Source of the DNA: Podarcis filfolensis
Taxonomy: Eukaryota
Reading direction: 5' to 3' (one strand)
NCBI GenBank assembly: GCA_964270895.1
Contig: OZ185439.1
Length of the DNA: 64,000 nt
Below are positions 12,338-25,764 of this stretch, in pieces. Each line of letters opens with the position of its first letter. Within the stretch, counting starts at the first letter, position 1. Both the position numbers and the translations under genes were made by a program. The notes under the pieces were generated by a model. The model was given only the letters and a program-made list of their open reading frames with translations, was not told the DNA's origin and did not search any database.

Positions 12338-13299
12338 GATCCCCTTTCCACGAGACAACCTAATTCTGTTTCAGAAAAGCTCACTGTCCTTTGTCCCACT
12401 TCGCAAACCATCGTAAAAGAATAGGAGCCCAAATAAAAACACCTTTAAGGTCCAGGGGATAATGAAGTATCCAGTTCAAAACAGTTCCAAGCCATGAGTG
12501 CTATCCTTAATCTAGGGTTCTTGACGACTGATATGCTTCTTTTCTAAAGGCAAATGTCACCCTATTTATGCTGGTGTTATGATGCTGTCTATAAAGCTAT
12601 CATCATCCATGATGCCACGGTCCCACAAGTTTGACACTGTAAATCCCCGAAATATTACAAGCAGCCTGCACAAAAGGAGTACAGAGCTATGTCCCCCCCC
12701 CCATTCTTGTCACCTATTTTAGTCCATCTGTTTGCTGAACTTGATAGTTCTGCAGGTTTGGCGGTATCTAGATCAACAATTTGGATCTTCTTAGGGCTCA
12801 TCCAGACTTCTGCTTGCCTTTTCGCATTCTCCCGGGGAAACCTGATCTTTAGCACTCATTCAGAGCAAACGGCCATTGACATTTGCCCCGATTTAAAACT
12901 AAACAGCAAGTTTTCCCTAGGGAAGGAATGGGACAAGGGGAAAACTGCCTGGACCCATGCTTCCTAGGTATGGAACAAGTAGAAGTGTGGATGAGCTCTT
13001 AGTTTAGAAAACAGGCAAATAATGGGGGCATAACAGAGGTGTATGAAAGTATGAACTTTGGCGGAAACTGTCAGTGGAGTAACAGCACTTATGTGACCAT
13101 CCCTCTGACCAGCATGACTTATCAGGAGGCTTATCAGGAGGGGGAAGGGGAGCAAGGTGGACATACTGTAAACATACTGATAGGAGTGCCAAAATGGTAC
13201 CACTGGAGCATTGGCTGTAAAACCTTGCTCCTCTCCTTCCTGATAAGCCATCTCTATTTCTATGGCTAAAACCATAGAAAGAATAGTGGGTTGTAAATT

Positions 13300-13452
13300 C
13301 CATTGCTCCAGAAGTGGTTTAGTCATGCTGGCCACATGACCCGGAAAACTGTAGACAAACGCCGGCTCCTTTGGCCTGAAAGTGAGATGAGCACCGCAAC
13401 CCCATAGTTGCCTTTGAACTTAACCATCCAGGGGTCCTTTACCTTTTACCTT
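13300..13452 (+). mobile_element. Sauria SINE 3' fragment
   Basis: ttagtcatgctggccacatgacccgg..gagatgagcaccgcaacccc..ggggtcctttacc. Confidence 0.85.
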
Positions 13453-13945
13453 TAGTAAATACTTCAGTAAATTAGAGTGCCTTCAAGAAATGAGGAAGCC
13501 TAGTCTGTATAGTAATAGAAGGCTAGAAAGAGAACTGTGGAGGAAACTGGGGGGGAAATATAACAGAGCATTCATTTATTTCTCGTTAAACACATGTGAC
13601 TAATAGAGTCAATTTTAATACTGAGCTTATCTGAACATTAGACCTTGAAAGAGTCACTATCTTTTCTAAAAGAAAAATTGAACATTTGCATACAGGGAGA
13701 TCTTACTTGTACCAATCAGAAAGAGAGAGATCTTGGAATTGCAAATATTATTCCAGTAGGATGATACTGTATTTGAAAGAGAGCCTAGAAATGGGAATGA
13801 AAAAGTAATCCTTAGGTGTGTTTTTCTCCCCTTAAGTTTGCAAAGTATAAAAGATTTTGAGCCTGTTACATTTAATGATTCATATTGCCATGTATATGTA
13901 TATAAAATTGATCTTACGGCACATTGTGGCTCTTATTTTGGAATG

Positions 13946-14002
13946 CCATAGAATCATGGAATTGGAAGGGACCCTGGGGGCCATCTAGTCCAATCCCCTG
14001 CT
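13946..14002 (-). mobile_element. CR1-like tail (SINE/LINE 3' end)
   Basis: catagaatcatggaattggaagggacc..catctagtccaatcccctgc is the reverse complement of the tail at 61780-61838. Confidence 0.7.
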
Positions 14003-14649
14003 ATCCTGCTGGCTTTACTAGTACACCTCTGGAGTAAAATGGACGGGAACTGCAGACGCAGTTAAACAACACATAATAATTAGCAATCATATAGTGCTAT
14101 TTGGATGTCCATCTGCATTAGCTCAGTGACCCTCACAACTTGATGAAGTAGATTATTACCCACATATTGCAGACAAGAGGCACAGAGTCCATGAGATAAT
14201 GGCTTGTCAAAGCTATCTAATGAGTTCATTTCTGAAGCAGGGGCAGGGACTTTATTAATAAATATGCAATCTGCTTATAAACAAACACTGTAAGCAACTA
14301 ATACTTATAGTTTACTGTAGATATTATGGTGGTTAATTTTTAATCAGTAAAAACTCATGTCAGTCCAATGAGCCCGTATCCCTCCCTCTTGAACCTTGAA
14401 CACAGCAAGATGAAAAGTGGATCCTGCAGCTATATATCTTTATACCTGGGCTGCCTAACCTGTGGTCCCCCTGATGCTTTTAGACTTCAGCTCCCATCAA
14501 CACTAGCTTGCATGGCCAATGGTCCAAGAGGATAATCCAGTGGTTTTTGGAGAGCAAGAGATTATCCACCCCTGCTCTAGACACACCTTCTGAAGGCAAG
14601 CTGAACCAAGATTTATCCATATCTCCAGAAACTTAATCAGGTTGAGGAC

Positions 14650-14781
14650 CAGTGCTTTTTTCAGGGGGTACTCAAGTATATGCAGTACCAGCACCTCTTT
14701 TTTGTTGCTAAAAAGTGTGGCACTTACTGTAACAACTTCATGAGGAGCACCAGTGCCTATTTTTCTAGGAAAAAAACACTG
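14650..14781. mobile_element. Short hAT MITE
   Basis: TIRs cagtgcttttttc / gaaaaaaacactg; same TIR type as 7497-7956; TSD degenerate. Confidence 0.7.
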
Positions 14782-15469
14782 GTGAGTTCAATAAGCCATA
14801 CTTAGTAGGGATGTTGCTAAAGTTCAGGTGATAGGCTGTTAACATGGAGCCTTTCTAAGCAGAACAAAGTGATGACGTTTATTTGGCTAAGTTCTGCATT
14901 CTCCATCATGTTCCACAAGCCATTTTGGGGTGAAAAAGCTGGGCCGCTGTTTGGAGATTGTGAGGTGCTTGTCTGTTAATTACATTTTTATGCCACACAA
15001 AGTTCTTCACATAAGATGTTAAAACTAAAACACAGAAGTTATCCCAAAATAAAACAATGAAACAGTTACTGCCCTGTCTGAGGTGTTATATCCGAATTAA
15101 AGCTATTAGTTGCATCTTTCTAATATTTGTGAAATGAGCCAAGCAGGAGGGGTGGTAGTATTTTCTGTGGAATGGGGCTGTTAGGACATGCAGTGGTTCC
15201 CCCCCCACCTACATCTTGATTTTTAGCAAAATATATTGAGTTGTACCCAACGGTATCGCTCAGTTGACAATAAGTCTTCCTTTGAGGAAGGAAGCAATTT
15301 TCAGGGATTCCCTCACCCCTCTAAATTAGATCTGGAGTGCCCCTCAACTTTCTGGAGCAGATTTAGAAGTGGGGGACTGCAGATGACAGGGAGAATCATT
15401 AAGAGGAAGACAGAGGTGTTAGTGGTGGCTTACATCCCTGTTTCTTCATGCTAGGATACTTGTGACACC

Positions 15470-15635
15470 AAAATGCAAAAAAATATGTAGGCCAGGAGAA
15501 ATTCACATCAAAATGCTGGAGAATTTCCATGAATGATTCTTTTTAAAAAAAATCAAATTAATGTGAAAATGTGTAGAATTGGAAAAACGAGAACCCAAGA
15601 AAAAGCAAAATTGACAGATTTGTCTACCTTTGGAT
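15470..15635. mobile_element. AT-rich MITE-like repeat (partial)
   Basis: Reverse-complement similarity to 49850-49960 (gagaacccaag..aaattgacagat). Confidence 0.55.
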
Positions 15636-16544
15636 ACCACTACTACTACCCAAAGCTCTAAACTGCAATTGCTGCAAAACTGGGGATCAGGATCTAAAAC
15701 TCATCAAAATTAAGAACCCTAATAATTGACTCATGTTCTGAAACTATCAAGAGTGTCATTTTTCATTGTTTGAAAAGTGGAAAAGCAACAGAGAGTACAA
15801 AAAACATATAACTGATGCAATCAATTCTAAACTCTTTCTAAACCTACTTAATGTTTGACTCCATTGTATATGCATGGGAATGTTTCTTGGGGGGTTGTAT
15901 GGGGATTATTCGTTATGTACATTTTTAGAAACTGGAAAACAAAGAAAGAAGACAAAAGGGAAAGTAATGTGGAAGGAAAGGTGAAAAAGGAGGACTTGCA
16001 AATATATAGAACACTACACCAGCCTTTCCATTTGCCAGTTTCATCTAAAGAAATTGCTATCTTTTGGAGTACAAGGTGGGAATAAGGGTAATTGAATTAT
16101 GAGTCCCAAGATGAAAGAGTGGTAATGACTTTGTTCTCTGCTTCCTTGACTTCTGCCCTCAGTTTATATAAAGCAGTATGACGTTATTACATTTTGTACA
16201 CAAGACTCTCCTGAGACATTTGATTATATAACTATCCTAGTGATAGTGAGACTTGTCAGCTATTCAGGCTCCCACCCACCCACAAAGTTACTGAAATTGT
16301 TTATATAGTGACCTGAGGAGAACAGGATTTCTAATAGAGTCACAGGGTAACAAAAAAAAGAGGTACATTGCATATTGTCAGCAGATTCCACAGTCCAATT
16401 TCTCATAAATTTTGCAAACTAGAACCTCCTAAATTTACTTTAGCTCCTGAGTTCTCCCCCCCCCCCATCCATTGACAGCCATCACCTTGCAGGTAAATGC
16501 ACATAATTGTTGTTGTTGTTAATTTATATATTGAATTTGCAACT

Positions 16545-16670
16545 AAACATGTCTCTCTCATATCAGCCCTACAGCCACAGCAGGCGCTGTAACCTTCCAA
16601 CAGTTTGACTTCTCCATTGTCCCAAAGCATACTCCTCCATTGTCTCCTGAGACAGACAAAGGTCAACAAT
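16545..16670 (-). mobile_element. RTE 5' fragment
   Basis: gtttgacttc..actcc(tc)cattgtctcctgagacagac matches 10770-10815. Confidence 0.5.
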
Positions 16671-17564
16671 ATTGAATTTGTTAATTGCTTTATCTTGCTC
16701 AGTGGAACCCAAAGCAACCTACAACAAATCAAACAAATGGACAAAAAGACACCTCACACTGATACATTAAAACCAAGAGGAAAAAGAAAAACCTAGAAAA
16801 ACCTCACCCAGAAGGAACTCCTGGATTCCCTACGAAAGCCAGTCAGTCAGAAGCACAGATAGAACCTGAGATGGCTGGGGCTTTCTATACATGCCTTGCC
16901 TCCCTGCAACTTGCATGGTTAGCATGGTTAGCTGGAAGAAATGTGGGGTCCTTCACTGCCCATCATTGGCCTAGTCTCTTTTGCAGAATTTTTGAGGATA
17001 TTAACGAGGGAAATAGTTAAGGCAGCAATCCTGTTCATAGTCAACTGGGAGCAATCCTCAATGAGTGTAGAAGGGCTTAGGCCTGAGAATATATGAATAA
17101 GGTTGGGCTGTGTGGCATTGTTTGAAAAGTGGTCCAATGTTTTATTAATAGCAGGAACTATTTGTCCTGCAATATTGATTTCAGCTGTGGTAAGAGAATG
17201 GATTTGAGCCAGAGTTGTTTTAATCTTACAACTCTGTCTGAATTCCAGGAATTATGTTTTTGGTAGTCTTCATTTTCACAGAGGATGTCTGCATTTATAT
17301 TAACTAAGCAGGCGGGGAAAGCATAATTTTAATGCAGGCTGTTGTTTCAATTCCAGTGTGATAAGTTTAAGAAATGTCCTTAATTAATCTAACATTTATT
17401 TTTAATTGATGGAGGGCTAACTGGAACCATCTCTCTTTTATAGCATAATCTCTCTTTAAATATCACTTATCTTTATAATTAAAAAACTTGCCAATTTTTT
17501 TAAAAAAATCTGTAAGCTTCTTCGTCCAAACTACTCTTTGTGGGCCTTATCTATTTCTTTCTGG

Positions 17565-18215
17565 AGTCAATTTAAAGTGCCAATTTTTGCCTTTAAGGCC
17601 CTCAGTGGTTTGTGAGGAGGTTATTGGAAGGACTATCTGCACCCATATCTGCCATTAAAAACCACCAGATTGGAGGGTACCAGATATAGGGCATTTTCAG
17701 TGGCCCCACATCTTTAGAACTCCCTCACCCAGGAGCTACATATGGTCCTCTCATTAGTGGATTCTAAGCGGACTTTAAAAAAAAAAGGTTCCGCTTAGTT
17801 TTTTATTTAATTTAATAGAAAGAGCTGCCTCTTCCTCCAAAGAATGCCATAAGAAAAGTCATGGTAGTTTTTGATCCGTAACCAAGTGATCTCACCAATT
17901 AACCACAAAGAAGGGGGCCTTTTCAGTGATGATGCTCCCTAGAACAGCAAACCCAAAAATGTTTCCTTGGTGCCATCTTTGTGGGGTTGGTGCCAGATAA
18001 AGACCTCTCTGTTCAATAGACGATGATGTCTGGGCCTCTCTCTGGATTTTAACTTTGGAGGTGCAACTGGACTTGGTTTATGTTGTCTTTATGTTATCTT
18101 TGATTTTATAGTTTGATGTCTTATTTGTGTTTACATTGTTTTCTTATATGTTGTAAGCTGCCCAGAGAACTTTGTGTTGTGGGGAGGCATACAGATGTCA
18201 TAAATAAATACCAGG
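17565..18215 (+). mobile_element. Decayed L2 LINE 3' fragments
   Basis: caatttaaagtgc..cctttaaggccct; gggcattttcagtggcccc..aactccct; tgtaagctgcccagaga..cataaataaata. Confidence 0.6.
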
Positions 18216-21200
18216 TGGACTCCAAGCCTTTCCAAATGAGACACTCTTAATATGTGTCCCAACTTTCTGAGCCGAAGTCCCAGTCCACAGCAATTCACAG
18301 TCTTTGAAACATGCATCTAGCATTCTTAACTTTCTTTACTATAAGGACCTTTAGAACTTCATCTTATATTGTTTGTGACCTATAGTCTCATGGGCACCAT
18401 ATTGCGGTTTCCTAGGGTCATTCAGTTGCTCCCCCTGGTAGAGCCTTTGCTTCACATCACTTCAATGAACTTAAGAAGAAAAGAACTCAGTGAAGCCAGG
18501 TCGTCCAAACATAGAAAGGTAAGCACTTATGTTTACTCCCTGTCAAAACCATGTCATTGATTGACTAACAGATGGTTGGTTGCAGCAAGCACAGCTAGGC
18601 TTTGTTTTCATCATACCCCTGTGCAGATGGCTACAATGTGAACATAAGGAATTCATAGTGCTATCCTACTATTCCCTCCAGGTGTTGGTTATCCACCCAT
18701 TTTCTTCATCAGCACAGGTCTCATTCCTCTCTGTTTGATGGATTCCACTCATGGTCCATTTCAGATGTGATCATGGCTGCTCTTATACCCATTATGTACC
18801 TGTCAACTTTATGTATCTGATGAAGTAGACTCTGCTCTGTGAAACCATAATAAATTGGTTAAGTCTTGAAGGTGTATGCAAGAACAACTTTTTGTAGAAA
18901 GTAGAGAATGTATTCACAACACAGCCAGGAAACACAGGAGAGAATTTGTGACAACTAAAAAACGTGATTGGGCAGGCTACTATATAGCACAAATCAAATT
19001 GGTGGTTTTTGTTTGTTTGTTTTTGTTTTAACATAAATAGGTGAAAAAGGGAGCTGCTACTAGATGCTATATTTCAATCTCTGTTTATGGCTAGGACTTG
19101 CAAACACGCCCGCTATAAAAATTTCTGCCGAAGTAGCTTTTTGAATAGAACTGCTTTTCCAAACCCATTGTTCCAAAAGACACCAGACTGCTGGATAAAG
19201 ATGACCTTAATACTATGTACAGGAAAATGGATGGCATTCAGAAGACATATACATATATATATTATCACACAAAGTGACTGAATGCAAAACAAGATGAGTC
19301 CAGCACATACAGAAATCCGGGATTGTTGTAACGGATTCCATACAAAGATGACTGTCAGTTTTCGTGCAAGTAGAAAAGCAACATGGTCTCAACAGGAAAA
19401 ACATTATTAACCTTATAGTTTGCAGCCAGAGCTCAGAAAGGTTTTGTTAAATTAAACTTTACTGAACTTCCTTCCACCCACCATCCACATAGAATTCTAA
19501 TACCATCTTACTGCATAGACAGACTCAGTGGAAAACAATGAAGTTACTGGAAAGCTAATTTTTCCCATTCAAATCCACAGATGGCAGCCCCACAGAGGAA
19601 AGGCTGCTATGGCAACCTTAGCTGGGTTTTTCTGAGAGATGTCCATTGTGGTGTCTTTTATTATGGGATTGCTGACTGATTGTGGACTGCAAGAGAGATG
19701 TTCGATGGGATGCTGAAGAGATGCATGCAGTGTTTAATGAGCTGAGATTAAGGAAAGTGATCTGTGCAATATAATATCGGCTGCAGAACACCAGGTGTGG
19801 AGGTGAGTGGGCCTGGGATTTTGATATTTTTACAGATGGTGAAAGGGAAATGGACTAAATCCTTTTCTTATTCAGCTTCCACTCTCCCCTGCCCTCCTCC
19901 TGCAGCATCAGACAGATGAAGATTTTCAAGAGTTAGTCCCACTTAATAGCTGGCAAGATCATTAAGTGAGTGAGGGCTGAAGTTAAGATTCCATTTAAGG
20001 TTCTTTGCTAGGCCTACATCTTAGAACAATCTGGACATGGGAAAAAGAAATTCAGCAATCTTGGGGTCTTCTCTCTCTCTGTTATCTCCCCATGGTTAAG
20101 CTTCTTTGAGACAGGGACCTATCTCTCTGTTTATGTCCTGAAGCACTATGTAATTTGATAGGTGCTTAGATAATAGATTCATGGAAGTGACTCGATTAAG
20201 GAGTAGCCAGTGTGGTGCCCAGTCTTCCAGATGTCATTGGGCAAACTCCCACAATCCCCGATCATTTGTAATGTTGGCTGGGCTGATGAGAGCTGTAGTT
20301 CTTTGCCCCGGTATATATTTTTCCAGCATGCAAAAGGCGAGGGCATGCATTTTGTTCCTTTCATCTTGATGGGGCTCAAATTCCTGTTTCCTGCTTCCCT
20401 ATAGAGTGAGCCACTGGAGGATGCTATCAGTGTGCGCCATGGCCCCTCTCTTTGACAAAAGGGTCTTGAACCTCTGTCCCAGGAAGGCTTTGAGTGCTTC
20501 CTGCTGGTCCTCTGCCAGGACACGGGGATGCGTGTCCTGATCTCCCTCCCCTTTGTTTGTGTGGAGTTCCAAGTCAGTGGTGGTGAGGAGAAAGGGACTT
20601 GAACCCATGTCTGGAAGGGTGCCTGGGAATTGCTGGCTGCATCACTGGGGCTGCTGGAGTGGGAGTTGTATTGATTTGCACACTTCGTTGAGCGATTATA
20701 CAGTGGTGTGTGTCTCAGGCATGTCCCCATTGTTGTGAGCTTATTGGCTACCTCTGTGAATGACAAGTGGGCATTGGTGGCAACACAGTCCCTGATTGGT
20801 AAGTAACAGAGGGAAGCTGTATCTGTTATTTTTCTGCCATTTCTGGTTGCATGTGTCTTTCCGCTCCCCTCTCCTCCAGTAAGTTGCCATTGGATTTGGC
20901 AACTGCTGCCTCAACATAGAAGCAACGTGTTTCTGGACCTGGTATATGTGAGCACAGGATTGCTCTTCCCTTCCTGGAAATGTTTCCATTCCCAAATGCC
21001 AAATCATATTGACATTCTGTATACACCTTGCCTTCCGATGATGCAGGATAAATGAGGACAAATGACTCATCTGAACAAGCTGTCACCTGTCTGCTTCCAT
21101 AATTTACCTGCAGCACAGCAGAACTTGCATCAGAATCAGTTATATTTATTGCTGCCAACACAAAGGTCTTAGGACTGAAGGATTTTCATCTGACAGCTCG

Positions 21201-23514
21201 TATACGCAGCAGGCCAAAATGTACAAGAAGACTATACTGAGGGATCAGGGCAAGAGAAGGGGGCATGTCTTTTATTACTTGCATCAATGGTTCCTGCGCG
21301 TGCTTCTTCTCAGATTCCTGTTATGCTTCTATCCTTGATGTGCAGTGTTGTCACAGAGTCAAGGCCAATTCATCGACTGGTTGTTATGAGATTGGCAAAA
21401 CAGTGTTTTCCTCCTAAAGTCCAGCTGCCTATATATATTAGGGTTATCTTACGCACTCAGCAGAATCATGTAGGAAACATTTCATACACTTTACCATTTG
21501 GGCTGAAAGGTGGGTAGGGGATCACTCTCCCCCAGTGGTGTGCAGTGAAATTTTGTATAGGGGAACAGTTAGGGTCAGAGGCACCAGCTTGTGAGGTGGG
21601 ACATTGTGGGAGTGGGGGCAACGTATGTGGTGTCGTCACACACATGAGCATTGTGCCTCACTCCCTAAACTGGGCATAAGCTTCCTGGGTTTTGAGAAGG
21701 AGGTGCCAAGGGAACATTTAAGGGATTAGCCTAGTCCCCATAGGCTCTCTCCCCAATTTTTGTTTTTATTGGCTTTGTGCATATGTACATCAATTTTCAA
21801 TAACCTTCTTTTTCATAGTCACACATTTTCTAGAGTCATTACATACAAGTATTACAACCAAGATCATGTCTGAAAATAAGTTATAAAATATACCATGAAA
21901 TAAAAACAAATGAGTAATTTGCTGCAGTCTTCTAAACTAAACAAATCTGTTATCCAGCAATGTGAAGATGACTCTGGCATGTCTAGATGCTTGTGAAAGC
22001 TCTCACTTTTGAATGGCTAGAATGCTGCCAATTGTACAAAAATTAAGATACACGCCTGTTGTGATGCCCGCTTTTTCTCTGTACAAAAACAAACACACCA
22101 ACTGGCATGCTGGTCCTGGAAGATTGCTGCCCTAGGGCTGAAAATATGTTTTCTAGGATGTCTAATAAGTCCATCTACACCCCACATTTCTTATGTGTTG
22201 GTCCTCCCAATGTAGCAAGATTTGGGGTGACATTTTTCACTTAATAAAAAGAAAAAAATACTTTGAACATTTATGAAATGTGTGGCACAAGAGAGGTAGA
22301 AAAAGGTCTGTAGCTTCAGTGCCGTAGGCTAGGGGTGCTGATCCTGCATTTTAATATACAACTTAAAATTAAACTCATTTTGAAATGATACAGTACTTGG
22401 GGGAGCTCATTTAATCTACCACATCAAAGGCACTGAAGATGTTCCAATATATTGAGGCTCAAGTGTGTGAAAGTGGTTTAGTTTTTGTGAGTGGTCAGCC
22501 ACACATATATTCAAAGTTAGTCCTTTGATATCAAAGAGCTGGTCTTCCTTAATGGCTGTCCATCTGTAAAAGTAATTAACATTTGAGTAGAAGCTCCTAA
22601 TCTGTTGGTCTCTAAAGTCATGGTGTTATATATCTTCACACACTTGAGCCTTGAGTCTAAATGCAGAAGACATCAAATGATACAGCTAAATTTGGCCTCT
22701 TCCAGAAATATTCATTTTCAGAGGATCGAAAGTTCAGCACTGAAAATTAGCTAGACAGAGCCTGCAATTCAAAATAGCCTTTCCTGAAAGTAAGTCTCAC
22801 TGAACTCAAAGGGGACTTACTTCTTAGTAGATGCCCATAGGATTGCATTGTATGACTGCATTACTAAACACACTTACAAGGGAACACACTTGCAAGGTCC
22901 CATTGAGCACAGTGAGTAAATTTGCATAGGATTATGCTGCCCGGTTGTAAACCTATACACATTTACTTCCAAAGGTGGTTGGTACTCACTAGACCTGGTG
23001 GAGCTGCTAGGAGGTCATGGGGTGTGACCTCTGAGGTCATGGAATCACGATGGGGAGGGGAAGCACACTAAAATAAAATAAAATAGAATCTGGGACACAA
23101 CCAGCATATTCAGGCCTACAAACAGACTTTTCATATGGCCCCTCAGCACATCTAATCTGTAGTTGCCTGCTGTAACAGACTTAGCTGGGTGGGATGTGCA
23201 GGCAGGATGCGGTCCATGCTCCCATGCTCTGCACATTGAGTTCTCATTTGAACCATCCAATGTTTTATAACAGCATTTTAAATATGCCAGTGTGTTTTAT
23301 AATCTTTCACCCTTACAACAACTTTGTAAAGTGGGTTGTAGTGCAACAAATGGAACTGTTTTAGAATGTTATGAAGACAGAGCAGGAGCAGGAGGAGAAT
23401 CTGGTGTAAGTTTTTCTGGGCTACAGTCAGATGCTCATTGTTGGTAATCTATGCAAGTTTAGGTAGTAATACATTTGTTAGCCTTTAAAGTACTACTAGA
23501 CTATTATTTCACTT

Positions 23515-23582
23515 CTGTCCAGCGTGACTGGAGCCACCCAGAGTGGCTGGGGAAACCCAGCCAGATGGGCAGGGTATAAATA

Positions 23583-23630
<48 letters not shown>
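23515..23630 (+). mobile_element. L2-like 3' tail with (ATT)n microsatellite
   Basis: ccacccagagtggctggggaaacccagccagatgggcagggtataaat followed by the ATT repeat at about 23584-23630. Confidence 0.8.
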
Positions 23631-24699
23631 GTTACCCTTTTGTCTGATGGGGTACTGGAATAATGCACCCAATACCATCCAATGACCCTGTGGCAGAGAA
23701 GAGAAATGTTAAATTAGGTCCCTCGATCTTCTGGTGGGCTGGGTTTTTTGGGCATGGCAGAGTGTAAAGGCAAGACTCTTGCCAATTGGTGTACTGAGAA
23801 GGAAGATGTGCAATCACGATTAAGAATTATGAGCCCCAGAAATAAATGACCCTAGCATGCACAAACCATACCCTTTATAGAATTGGACAGCCTTTTCTTC
23901 TGAATGTCAGAATGCAAGTGTCACTATATTCAATCAGGACTCAAAAGAGAAGGCAGCACAAAGGCAGTCAGCTCACATACTTCAGATTATCTCCTTGGGA
24001 AAATTCCCATCCTGCGAGTGCCATATTTAGAAAAGTCAGTCTGTGATAGAAGTTGCATTTCCGAGACCTTATGGATTCAGGCCTTATGTGCCTTTATTTT
24101 TGAGTCATATCGCAGCAAGGCTGTAATTGAAAATAGACATGAGTCAATGAATGAAGAGTTCAATATCCCAGTAAAGAAAAAGAGCACAAGGTTAGTATAA
24201 TAAAGCAAGGATTAGACGAAGGAGGGCAGGGGGGAGCCTGAACAACCAAAGCAACAGCTGCAGATTTATGTAGTAAATGAAGTCATAGGAGAGATGCCAG
24301 TTTTAAAAAGATTAAAGCCGCAGTCTAAAGATACACACAAGCCTCCTGTTCTGTCGCAGGCTGCTCTTGAAGTCCATAATTCCCCCCTCCCCATTTTGAG
24401 GGAAGAGTTTATTATTTATTGATTTAGCTGAAGTATTTTTATACCACCCTACAGTCATATTCCCAAGGCAGTTTATGAAAAGAATAAAGCAATTAAAATG
24501 CAAATACTAAACACACGCATGGACACAAACTGGCAGCCACAACATTGTTAAAACAAGAGAAAAAGCAATAAGCAAGATTAAAATCTTTTTCAAATGTTAT
24601 AGGGGCAGCTTGTGAAAAACAGTAGCTTGGAAGCCCCATGGAACTCAACCCTCTGGATCTGATTCTAAATATGCTGGTTTTGAATTATGGTGGATAAAG

Positions 24700-25469
24700 C
24701 GTGTTCTCCCTAAAATGAGAGCACGGGTTGCGGTGGGGGCTCCCAGGCCAGCCCTCTGTTGCCTAGCAGGTTAATGGTTATGGCCTGGCGCAATGATTGG
24801 CTGACCGGGTTGCTGGCGCAAATTGCATGTAGCAAATTGGGTGGGTGGGACCTTAGGCTTTAAATATTGGGGCTCACTGCTTCTGCTTTCTCTTTCGCAA
24901 TGTGCATCGGATCACCCGCCCGCCCACCCTGTGTTCCGGTTGACCTTGCTTTGCCTGTCATGGGGTCGTCTGCCTTGGAGCAGGGGCCTAGTAGGATTTT
25001 TGCCATTTGGCTGATTGGCTGGTGCCATCTGGTTTTTGCCTACTACTTAGCAATTTGTCACAACTTGTAAGGTTGCTGTTAGGCATTGGTTATAAAAATT
25101 GGTGGTGGAGGGGTCAGGATAGGCTGTGCCTGCCCCTCCAATGGTGCTGGAATCCTGGGGCTTGCCATGATTTCGTCCAATCCCTGAAATGGGACCACGG
25201 CCGGCAAGCCTTGGGGAGCTGGTTGGGTGAGCGGTGAGGGACTGTCGCTCAGCTCAACTGATCCCCAACATTGTTTTCCCTTCACTGGCATCCGATGGAG
25301 TTCGGGTAGTCAGTTCTGTCCCAGGCGGACAGAATTAACCAACGCCTAAGCAACCACTCACAGATTTTGTATTTTAATAAAGTTGTGGCCAAAATAGTGC
25401 CAAAAACCTTAAACTAAAATTACGTGTGATTTGTGAATTATTTTGAGGGGTGGCTTGGGGACCTCCACA
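24700..25469 (+). mobile_element. LTR-like retroelement terminal repeat (solo)
   Basis: Begins near tgttctccc and ends ..ctccaca; CCAAT-like boxes, TATA-like runs, AATAAA at 25376-25381; CpG-rich. No TSD found, so boundaries are approximate. Confidence 0.6.
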
Positions 25470-25764
25470 CACTAACCCAGTGTCAGTCAAAGGCAGCAAA
25501 AACAACACCAAGCTTACATACCTGCTGGATCAGGGGCTAGAAATGCTTAAAGAAGTCTGAAGCATTTCACCTACTTAATATTAAAGGTACAACTCAGGAA
25601 CTAAACTGTGGTGTGAGTCTGGCTTTGAAGAGAGTAGGGTAGTGACAGGAAGAGTGAATAAGGAAATGATTAGTGCCATGTCAACTAAATATCCATCTCA
25701 CCTGCTTGCATTTGGGGGCACAGCTGTGTTCACCCCAGTAACCAATTTTTATAATTTATTTACT

